64,000 nucleotides of DNA from contig NC_047074.1 in assembly GCF_902459465.1 (NCBI RefSeq), positions 12,400,001 through 12,464,000 of the forward strand. The letters run 5' to 3'. Positions 36,561 through 48,500 of this stretch are shown piece by piece (position 1 is the first letter of the stretch; each line of letters starts with the position of its first letter). The DNA comes from Asterias rubens. Lineage: Eukaryota. The position numbers and the translations under genes were made by a program. The notes under the pieces are model-generated. The model was not told where the DNA came from. It ran no database searches and worked only from the letters and a program-made list of their open reading frames with translations.

Positions 36561-39500
36561 TTACTTCCCCTGTTGACCTCCATCCACACTTTTGTCCTGT
36601 GCTGCACCGTCCCCTTCATATGTAGACGATGTGACTTCATTGATCAGGTAGCGTTCGCCAGTTGTCGTCGTTAACATCTATAGGCAAAAGTGAAACCAAA
36701 AGTGAAAATGCTTTTCAAAGTTCCTTCAAAGTTACTTAAAGTGAAAATGCTTTTCAAAGTTCCTTCAAAGTTACTTAAAGGGACACGTTGCCTTGGATCG
36801 GTCGAGTTGGTCTTTGAAAAGCGTTTGAAACCATTTGTTATTAAATGCATATGGTTAGATAGATAATTTGAGGATAGAATGATCCACACAAACATCCCTC
36901 TAAACTGCATGGTTTTCTTTTTTTGTCGCGAACAATCTAATACATACCTGTCCCTTTGCTAGGTTGAGTTTCTGGTTTGTCGTTATAGAGAACTGGAAAG
37001 AAAGTGGCTTCTGCTTTGACTCTGCCGTTGCTTTTGGAGTACCGCCCGGAATTGGAACAGCCTGCACCAAGTAAAACACAGTTGTTTATTATTAAGCATT
37101 GAACGTCATTCTTGAAGGGGCGTGGTAGTTTTCCCCAGGAAGGTACTTGTATGAGAAAAATTAAAATTTGTCTTGGATCTGACTCCACAAGTGCTGTGTG
37201 TCCCTATAACAGGTCAAGGATGAGACGGCCACAGACGCAAGTCTTTGCCTGAATGATTATGATGATGATGCAGGGCCCATAAGCACACAAATTTGCTTAG
37301 CATGAAATTTCTTCCTTAATGAAAACAGGATTACCAACCAAATTTCCACGTGATTTTCAGGATAAGCAAACAACAGCTGAATGCCGGTAACAAGCATTAT
37401 GCAACAAATAAATATTTGGTTGGTAATCTTGTTTTTATCAAGGAAGAAATTTCATGCTAAGCAAATTGTTGTGCTTACATGCTACATGAAATTGTGCACA
37501 TGTAAGTTTGAAGCCTGACAGGTCTATGCAGAGCCTAATTTCATGGCTCTGCTCACCGCCAAATTTGTTGCTTTCAATCGCCATTCTCAGCTTACTGTGC
37601 AAGCACCGAATTTCTGCGATAGCTGTATAAGTGAAGAATTCCTAGTAATGTGGAGTGTGTACGCGCACGAGCAAATATTTCCTGCTAGCCAGTGAAATAG
37701 GGAGACCGCCACCAAAGGGCTTGATAGCTCAGTCGTTAGTTCGGAGGTCCTTGGTTCAAATTCCACTCCAGTCAATTTGTCTTTGTTCAAATTCAACCGA
37801 AATATATTTTATGAACATTTACCTTAATTATCTTTGTGGCAAGCAATTTATGTTGTGGCCCAGTCAACAGGTTCTTCTTGCCCGATACATCTTGAAGGTG
37901 GGTTTGTTTGATCGGCTGGAGAGGGGGGGGTTCATTCCTGGTTTGGTATTTGGTAATAACGTCATGTACGGCAGTAGGGTGCTGTGGTTGCGTTACCACT
38001 TGCTGCTGGTAGCCTAGGAGTGTGACAGGACCATGAGGTACGGCTGCGATGCTTGGGCTGCGACACTGGAGGCTGCTACTGAGGAACTCCGTGTCCCTCT
38101 TGTGTGGCATCTTTGGAGTGGTCTGTGTCTGGCTCAGAAACATTGAGGATGTTGTTGCACTGTACCCAGTGTGGGTTCCCGGAGGGGTAGCAGGGGCAAG
38201 AGCTGTGGGTGACGGTCCGGACGTGATGGATACTCTTTTCTCGATAACTGGGCTACTAGGAGTTGGGCATTTCGCTGTTGATGCACACGGTTTGATGTAT
38301 AGTCCCCCGGAGGAGGTTGTCGCAAATGGTTGGTACAAATACTGGGTCTCTCTTGGACCAGTGGCGTACTCATGGGACACTCGGCAGGGCTGAGCGGGGG
38401 GCAGGAGGGATGTGGGAGCCAAGTGGTACAGACGATCAGGCGCGTCGGGAAGACCTTTTGGAGTCTCAAAGTCGCTGGTGTTGGATGAGGTTAGGAAATA
38501 GCTGGGAACTGTTAAGACGGAAGACAAGGGTAAGTATTAATTCAATCAATTAATTAAGTCCATATTACATTTAATTAATAAGTTACATATAAGTACAGAA
38601 ACTATTGAATCATTCTTTAAAATTAGTGTTTAATTAAGTGTATTTAAAGGAACATTCCAGAATTGGTAAGAAAACAAATTGTCTAAGATCACGGATCACA
38701 TAAAACTGTCTTATTAGATGAGAAATAAATTAAAACTACTTTCCCGTTTGGAGTTTATTGCTCAGTGAGCGTTTTAATATATTTGTTTTAATTGATGTCA
38801 TGCAAAATGTGTAATCGTTTTTTCACTTCTTTCTCGTGATCCAGATGGTCGATCGATCTAAAAATTTACAGGTTTGTCAGTTTATGTATAGAAGTGCTTA
38901 CACTGCCAGGAACTGTTTATTTAGCAAAACCCAATTCTGTAATGTTCCTTTAATCAAGTCGACAATACAAAACTACTCAGTTACATAACTACTCAAAACT
39001 ATTGAATCATTCTCTAAAATTAGTTATTTTTTTTTAAATTAATAAAGTGGACTATATAATAACAAATAACATAAAAGACTGTTGGGTGATGTTTTTGGGG
39101 CAACCACCAGAAACTTATTCAAACCAGCTTATGTTTGTTAATTTAATTTTAAATTTAATTTTTTGTTTATTAATTAACTTATAATCAGAGCAACTTACAA
39201 CAGTGTAGCAACGGCGCGTCAAATGATTAGCAGCTTCATATACACCTCTGTAATCCAAATGTTGGCTTCGATAAAAATTGCGCGAACAAATGAAAAGCTT
39301 TATTAGAAGAGGAACAAACAGCATTGTTAGAGTAAACGTGGTTACAAAACGCTTTAAAATTATTACAAAATGACAACAATTTTTGTAAAGGGACACGTTG
39401 CCTTGGATCGGGCGAGTTGGTCTATGAAAAGCATCTTTGTAACCGTATGCATTTCATAACAAACGGTTTCAAATGCTTTTCGTTGACCAACTCGCCCAAT

Positions 39501-42500
39501 CTAAGGCAACATGTCCCTTTAATGCAGGGGTTACATTTGTCAGGTCTTGATTATTTAGGAGTCAGTTAAAAACAATGTGTTATTTGTTGCATTATTCAAC
39601 ATTTGATTAAATTGTAAGTAAGGTCAATTATATGCCAAACTTTTCAGTATGTGACTGGCTCTGGCAAAACCTAAACTTACCCCCAATTTTCAAAAGTGAG
39701 ATTTCGGTATTTATCAGGAAAATTTACAATGTTTCCAAAAATGTTTGTTTTTTCTTCAGCAAAAATCTCAAATTGGTCTCTTTTCATGGCTGTTCATGGA
39801 TGGTAATTTGTGAAATGCCGAAAAGTTGTTGAGGTTTACCAGAGTGGGGCCCATTTTCATTGCTCTACTTACTGCCAAATTCTACGCTTACGATCACCAT
39901 TTTCTGCTTGAAGGGCAAGTGCCAAATTTCTGCGCTAGCTGTGTAAGCTTAGAATGCCTAGATACGTGGAGTTCGCACGCACACAAGCCAAAATTCCCTG
40001 TTAACCTGTGAAATACTCTTGACATAAGCGCAGAATTCCCTGCTTCCACAAGCGCTGATTCATTGCTTACTGCAAGAAGAGCCATGAAATTGGGCACTGG
40101 TCTCTTGTGAGGATTAAAAAACAGGCGGGAAATCTGGACAAACAAGACAGCTTCAGATTCGGCCAGGAAATAGCAGAAAATTTTCATAAAATACAAGCAT
40201 GTAAAAGTGAAGGTACAAAAATGTTTAAACTTGTCTGTTTCTTGAGCTTACCGTCTGTATCTGTATCAAACAGCTTCTTCCAGAGAGCTCTCTCTTTCTT
40301 CTGATTCTGCTGGACATCAACCATGTAGAGTAGATACTCCTCGTATAACAGGTGCAGAAGGTGGAAGGAGCCTAATTAACAAGAAAGTATTATACAGGAT
40401 TGGTAAGGATGAAAACTTCATTGTTTAATTTTAGTCTGAAAGCGTACTGATTATGAAAATTACACTCAAACCATTTTTTTAAAGTCATATTCTAGAAAAC
40501 GGGAGCTGAAAACCTATAAAAAAATACAACAGCTGATTTCAGTTGTTACAACCAAAATTAAAGGCAGTGGACACTATTGGTAATTACTCAAAGTAATTTT
40601 TAGCATAAAACCTTACTTGGTGGCGAGTAATAGGGAGAGTATGATAGTATAAAACATTGTGAGAAACGGCTCCCTCTGAAGTGACATAGTTTTCGAGAAA
40701 GAAGGGATTTCGTTTCGTAGGTGGGGACCGCTATAACCATAAGGCGCCCTGACCAACCACTTTTGTGTCTTGCAGTTTACTTACCAAAGCTCGTTGCACT
40801 CCTCAGAGTTTGATCTCGAATAAGAAGATTACAGACGTAAGACCACTGCAGCAGGAAGTTTCTTTCTGCAGTTTCCTTCGCAGTTTCCTCATCACCAACC
40901 TACAAAATGAAAACAAATCTCTCATCAAAACACAACTACCTCTCGAGAAATAATCTGCAGTTCACATTATAGCATTTTATCTTCACTCGACTAGCGCTAG
41001 CGCTAAATTTTTTTTTCCAATAGGTATCCAGTGCTCTGTTTTCATTTAGAGACAATGTTTAGCGTCTGGTTTTTATGCAAAACAATAGTTAATGGCCTGA
41101 TGTTTTGACCCTAGCAGAGCGGCTTTCTCGAAGGCTAAAAGGTAAAGATATGATATTTGGGTCTTGGAAAAAATTAGGAAAGTTTTATTAAGGAAAAGGG
41201 CTGATCTACATTATATAAACATGGTGTAGGTTTTCAGAAATTTGTCAGGCTATTTGAGACCAATTTCACTTATTTTTCTGAGGGCAATTAAAAAATCGGA
41301 AATCAAATGTTGCATCAAGTCATAAATCAAGTAACCCCCTCTCATTCTTGTTTTCGATCGTGTGATACATCTAACTGTATGCAGTTTAGGTTGATTACAT
41401 AACAACCTGATTCATTTTGAAATGTATTCTGTTGAAATACATGCTGTTTAACACAGGCGTACTAAGCGCTCGATTATAAGCGCCTTACAAGTGTAGAAAG
41501 TTTTTAACAAATGTGCATGCAAAGCAGTCACCTTTTGTTAGCCAGTCAGTGTTGATTTTCAGTGTTTCAGGGCACTACCCATTGTAGGGAGGCTGCTCCA
41601 TCACATCCATGATGAAGAGCTGCTTCATAATAATTACGATAAAAATAATAATAATGGCTTCTTATACAGCACTCAGGTCCGTCACGCAGTGACGCTCATG
41701 GCGCTCCAACATTATTACCCCTGGTCACTGGGCCTAAAATCATTCCTTAAACCATCTCAGCTCCCTGGGGAGTATACAGCCTTGTGCAACAAATGCGCTA
41801 CTTGTCTAAACCAATCACAAGAACCATCTCTGCCCTCACAGGTACCCATTTACCCCTGGGTGGAGAAAAACAATTATAGTAAAGTGTCTTGCTCAGGGAC
41901 ACAAGTGTCACAGCCGGGATTCGAACCCTCACTATGCTGAACAGAACCACCAGAACTTGAATTCGGTTCTCTTATCCGCTCGGCCACGACCCTTAAGGTA
42001 TACCTTACATTAATGTGTACACCGGTTACAAAAGTGTGTTTCTGTTCAACAAGAAATACATACCATCTTCAGGCATTTACTTCTTACTGAGTGCAGCCAT
42101 CTGATGTGGTCCTCAACACTGGCATGCTTTTCCAAAAGCCGCGCCAACTCAGAAAAACCTGGGCAAGATACAGAACAATTAATCATGACCCCAGATTACG
42201 ATTTTGGGTTGAACAAATAAATATTTACTAGAGCGGGATTTGAACCAACGACTTCTGGATAATGTGCCGGCACTCCACCAACTGAGCTTTCTAGCCCTAT
42301 GTTGGCGGACTCCCTTTTTTTCCCAATATCTTTGCAGGGGGTTGCCAGTCAGAAGGCATATACAACAGTTAACCGCTGGGTAGCCAGGAATCCATCCCAA
42401 GTTTACCATACCACCCTAAAAGAGGCAGCCAGGGGATCACCTCAAGGGGATGCAATTATTTCTTTGCCCATCCCAAATTATTCAAAACTCACCCAGTCAG

Positions 42501-45500
42501 TTTCTTGTGGTTTAGTACTTCAAATAACTTAGATAAGACTTTTAAGGCAATGCATGGTGGAAAATACTCAGTAAAGGCCGAGTCACACTGCAGCGATAAC
42601 AAAAACGATAACGATCACGACGCAAAGAAAACGCATTCTATTGGTTGAATTGCTCCACGCAGAATACGCACACGCTCATTCAACCAATAGAATGCGTTCC
42701 CTTTGCATAACAATCGTTATCGTTTTCGTTATCGCTGCAGTGTGACTCAGCCTTTAGTAAGGTTGGCGGCGACACCATGTAAGAATCTCTTTTGTGAGTA
42801 GTGGTGGCGCTGAGAAGAACCGGTTTGTACTGCTCATCATTTCGGTCAGTGTGCTCTGACCGTCTTCTGGTCAGAGCAAACTGACCGAAACATTGACCTG
42901 TTCAAATCATTATACAAAATATTGAGGAGACATTTTGAGACATACATTTCTTGACCGTTGTCTTGACATTTGGTGAGCTTCCCGGTATTGTCCACATGAG
43001 CTGGGAGCACACAGTGTTCTGCTCCGTCCTCTTCCGCCAGTCATGGCACATCTGGGTCACGGTCACTTTGGTATTCAGCACAGTACGAGTTGCCTGATAA
43101 CAGGAAAATTTAAGACATTTGTTTTATTGGTATTTAGCATAATTTTATTACCACGCATCATCGAGTTCACTTCCCGCCTCTATTTCCCGCCTTCATGCAT
43201 CACCGCTGATCCGCCGCCCAGTACTTAAGCAGCATGCAGCATCAGAGTCCAGCATTCTCCAGAAGACGATCAGAGCATACTGATCGAAACGTCGAGTTAA
43301 TCCAACGGTTCTTTTCAGAACCACCCCAACTCATTTAGAGATTGTTATTACATGGTGTTACCGCAAACTTTTCTATAATTTTATTTTTTTTTTTTGATTT
43401 TTGATTTTTTTTTTTTTTTTTTGGGGGGTACCCTTTAATGTTTGTGTTAGCCCTATTTACTCAGTACTTTCCAGAGTTCTGTGAAAAAAAAATCACAGGC
43501 ATATTACTCATATTCGAGCCCAGCGTGTGTGTTTTTCTTGAGCGCATGCGTGGTAGCTCCAGCTAAACCAGGGTCCTTGGTTTACGTGTGCGGTGTTCAT
43601 TCACACAGTAGTGTCATTTTCACAAAATTATATTTTTTGGTCGTTGGTCCCGATCATGGTCATAAAAAGACTAGAGACTCGTGCTTGTTTAGAGAAGAGG
43701 TGCATTGTACTCTATTTGGACTTGACAATGTTGTGTTCTAAGGACTGTGGACCCCCTGCTTATTTCCCTTCAGCCTTAGCTGTAGCGGCCAATTTGGCCA
43801 CACCCTAAAACTCCTTACCTGAGCAGGATGAGACGGAGATGTTTTATTATTATTTATTTTTTTTATTTTTTATTTTTTTGGGGGGGTGGGTGGGGGGGTA
43901 CCCTTTAATGCTTGTGTTAGCACTGTATACTCAACTCCGCTCAGAGTTCTGTGGAAAAAAAATCACAGGCATATTAGTCAGATTCAAACACGATCTAAAA
44001 CTCCTCACCTGAGCAAGATGAGACAAAGATGTTTTCCTCTTCAGAAGATGACAAAATCTCTTTGCGACTGAAATTACAAAAATTATGAGAGTTATACAAT
44101 CACCCATAACCCTATTTCATCGAGCTGCTTGAAGAGCAAGAAAAATGTAAAATTAAAAATTGAGTTCCATGGGGAGGCAAACGAGTCCCCTGCCTCTGTT
44201 GCTTTGGTATTTACCTTGATGCTTCCTCAAAATGTTCTTAAAGAGGAAGGAAAGTCAAATTAAATTTTGTGGTGTTTTTCATTTTCCCAATAATAGATAA
44301 AATTCTCACGTGAGTGGGGAAAAAGTACAAGTCTCTAACCTCACAATTATGTGGTGTAAATAGCCATTTCTTCGTGGGTCGTGGGTTCGAATCCCGTGGG
44401 TTTGAATCGTTGCGGTGCCCGCTGCCAAAACATAGGATTCGAACGGCCTCTAGCTACCGGGCAACCTCGGTAGTCTAGTTGGTAAGACACTGCTCTAGAA
44501 TTGCAAGGGTCGTGGGTTCGAATCCCACCCGAGTAACATGCCTGTGATATTTTTCACAGGACTCGGAAAAAGTACTGAGTATACAGTGCTAACACACATC
44601 GGTGTATGGGTAAAAACCAAAATTAATATTCTTTATCCCCGATGCAAATTTAACATCTATTATATCGTTGCGGTACCCGCTGCCAAAACATAGGATTCGA
44701 ACTGCCTCTAGCTACCAGGCAACCTCGGTAGTCTAGTTGGTAAGACACTGCTCTAGAATTGCAAGGGTCGTGGGTTCGAATCCCACCCGAGTAACATGCC
44801 TGTGATATTTTTCACAGGACTCGGGAAAGTACTGAGTATACAGTGCTAACACACATCGGTGTATGGGTAAAAACCAAAATTAATATTCTTTATCTCCGAT
44901 GCAAATCTAACATCTATTATATCGTTGCGGTACCCGCTGCCAAAACATAGGATTCGAACTGCCTCTAGCTACCGGGCAACCTCGGTAGTCTAGTTGGTAA
45001 GACACTGCTCTAGAATTGCAAGGGTCGTGGGTTCGAATTCCACCCCAGGAACATGCCTGTGATATTTTTTCACAGGACTCGGGAAAGTACTGAGTATACA
45101 GTGCTAACACACATCGGTGTATGGGTAAAAACCAAAATTAATAGCCATTTCTTCATTTCTGTGGATGACAAATCACTGCAAGAATTGACTCATCGCTCAT
45201 GAGCGAGCCTGTGCCAGAACTCACTCTGTTTGATGAGCTATCTACCTTCTTTTGATCCACCGAGTTGTGCCTGCATCAGTTGTTTTTATCTTGTTTGCTC
45301 TACATAGTGGATATCGCTAAGCGATAGACAGCCTATATACAATATCCTTCCTGGGCAATATTTGTCAATATCATAAACATTCGATGATCACTCTAAGAAA
45401 AATGAGTCTGATAAACCATTTTGTCACTGCACATGGCATGGATGGTGGACTTTTTCCGTAATACATTTCTCACCTTCCATTCGTCTGAGATGCAAAGACT

Positions 45501-48500
45501 CGAAAAAGGCGGGGGAGGATTCCTCAACAACTTTTTGGAATGTGCAGGAGAAGTGGCGAACAGTTTGAAGCAAGCTGAATAAAATAAAGAAATACATACA
45601 ATTTAATAACCTTACATTACATTGACCTCATACATTGTAAAGTTATTTGTATTATTATTTCTATAATTTTTAAGGAAGTTGTTGCACTGTGCCCTGTATA
45701 AGAACGTTGCCGATTGTCTGATATAGGATGTTGTCACATACACCAATCAGGTCAGAAAGTTTCTTTAGAGTCTGGGATTCGAAACCCACATTCTATAAAT
45801 TGTTCCGTTCTTACCTTGGAGGAAGTTGATGCACGGTGCCCTGTATAAGAACATTGACGATTATCTGATACAGGATGTTGTCACACACAGCAATCAGGTC
45901 AGAAAGTTTCTTACAGTCGCTCCGTAGGATAGCTTGGGTCGACTCTGGCAAATCCTTCCAGAATCGATGCACTGCATTGGGAACCTGAAATTAGGAGACA
46001 CCAGGGTTGCTTCGCTTTCAATAATAATCAATCAAAAACGGTCTTGAATTTTACTTTTCTGACAAAAATATTCCTGCTTGAAATCATAAAGATCCATTAG
46101 TATAAAGTGAAATGCAATGATGTAAGTTTCAAATTTCGCTCTGAAAAAGTCAGGAATGAACAAAAACACCTTCGTACAAAAATGTGCAGACACGTTTTTT
46201 GTCAGAAAGATGTCATCAGATATTTTGTGATGTTGACAAATTTTGCACTGGAAGGGTATTGAATGCAATGGCAATGCGCCTTATTTTTGACCACGCGAGG
46301 GCGCTATAAATAGTATTTTTCTCACTTCCGGGGATATACACGATTCGCCCTGCACAGATTAATAGGCGTTCTCTGTCACTTTTGTTGCGCCGTAGTTTCA
46401 ATTTGCTTTTGAGGTGAATTATAACGGCTCCTTTAAAAGTCTTATTGTCAGTGATGGATTAGATGTCTGTGGTGGTAATGTGTTCCAATCTTTAATAACT
46501 GCTTTGGGTATAAATGAATATACCCACCGGAAATGATTGAGAGCGCCCTCGCGCGGTCATTGAAGACTCTATGTCTACTGCAAAATGAGTGCATCTCAAA
46601 ATTTATTTGACATTGCCCTTCCTCTTTAAGAACATTCCTTGGGAGAAGCATCAAATTATAAGACCACGACAAAAGAGCCTCTTTTGCCTCCATAGAATTT
46701 AGCTCTTGATAAAACTTACCTCTTCCAGTTTTCCTCTTACAATGTGCTCAATGAGAACCTGGCAGTGGTTTCTGTACTCGGATATAACAGAATCGACCTA
46801 CAAGTTACAAAAATAATGTCAATGCTTTTAATGATCACGCATTGTAGTGAAAAGCACGGTTCTCGACAGGATTTTTTAAAAACTGCGAGGCTGCATTCTG
46901 GACTTAATATTTGTTGGATGCTTGGCTGGAGCACACTGAATTGAAACAAGGTCTGTTTTAAAGTCCTACAATTATCTGGAGCATTCTATGTGGTTTTCTT
47001 TTGATTATTTTTGTGGAAAAAAATTAAAAATACACATGTAATTATTTGTTTTGCATATCGACCAAAATTCACACGCAAAGGCCTGGGCCCAATTTCGTAG
47101 AGCTGCTTAAGCACAAAATTTTCCTTTAAAAATATTAGTGCTTAGTAAAATCAGATTATCGGCCAAAGACTCCACTCAATTGTTATGCTAAGTAAACGAT
47201 AGCTAAATACCAGTCACAAGCAATGTAAATGGCATGAAATTTTGGCCAGTAACATGTGTAAAATAAGCGAGACACTGGACACTATTGGTAATTGTCAAAG
47301 ACTAGCCTTCACAGTTGGTGTATCTCAACATATGCATAAAATAACAAACCTGTGAACATTTGAACTCAAGCGGTCGTCAAAGTTGCGATATAACAATGAA
47401 ATAAAAAAAAAACATCCTCGTCACACGAAGTTGTGTGCTTTCAGATGCTTGATTTCGAGACCTCTAATTCTAAATCTGAAGTCTCAAAATCAAATTTGTG
47501 AAAAATTACTTCTTTCTCGAAAAACTACATCACTTAGAGGGAGCCGTTTCTCACAATGTTTTATACTATCAACCTCTCTCCATTACTCATTACCAAGAAA
47601 GGTTTTATGGCAATAATTATTTTGAGTAATTACCAATAGTGTCCACTGCCTTTAAGCAAAACATTTTTTAAGCAGCTCTATGAAATTGGCCCCTGGTATG
47701 CTAGCTTGTGCAACGAGAGAACCCTGGCAAAAAGTTATTATTGTTTCCAGTTCAGGAGAATTAGAAGAAAACCACTACAGGAGACCACTTCTTTGTGCAT
47801 TGAGTTTTTGCAACCGTCTTTATTTTAAGAGAAACAAGTCAGTCATTCCTGAAAGAATACATTCCAACTTCTGTTTCTTTTGTTGAATTATTAAAGAAGA
47901 CCACACAAATACTTGATTATACTTTCCAAAATAAAAAGGGATCCTGGAGTTGTTACCTACCCTCCCTTTAGCAGAAAACACTGCTGTCATCCTCAAATTT
48001 GTTTTTTATTCAGCAAGTTGTTTGATAGTAATACCTGTTCAAAAGAGAGGTTACCCCATGGCTGAGTTTGTGCTGCCGTCGGGAACTCTGGCAGCAGTGT
48101 TGAAATAGAAGTCATTGCTGAGTTTGGGTTATCGGACTGTTCTGTAATCTAAAAATCAAAATTAACCACATGTAGGTTATACAAAAATATTATCGGACAG
48201 GATGAAGGTATTACCACTGTGCAAAATTAAGTGAATGTTTTTTTTATTTGGGTGATTACCACTGTGCAAAATTAATTTAATATTTATTTATTTGGGTGAT
48301 TACCACTGTGCAAAATTAATTGAATATTTATTTATTTGGGTGATTACCACTGTGCAAAATTAATTGAATATTCATTGATTTGGGTTTTAACACTGTGCAA
48401 AATTAATTGAATATTTATTTATTTGGGTGATTACCACTGTGCAAAATTAATTGAATATTTATTTATTTGGGTGATTACCACTGTGCAAAATTAATTGAAT

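Noticed and set aside
44460-44540. Possible tRNA genes (anticodon AGA) in the 44.4-45.1 kb array
   Set aside because: Mismatches in acceptor and anticodon stems, no long variable arm for Ser, shared SINE tail and TSD.
45160-45300. Open stretch in RFX intron resembling an exon
   Set aside because: Phase does not fit; exon 44009-44067 already supplies the expected sequence.
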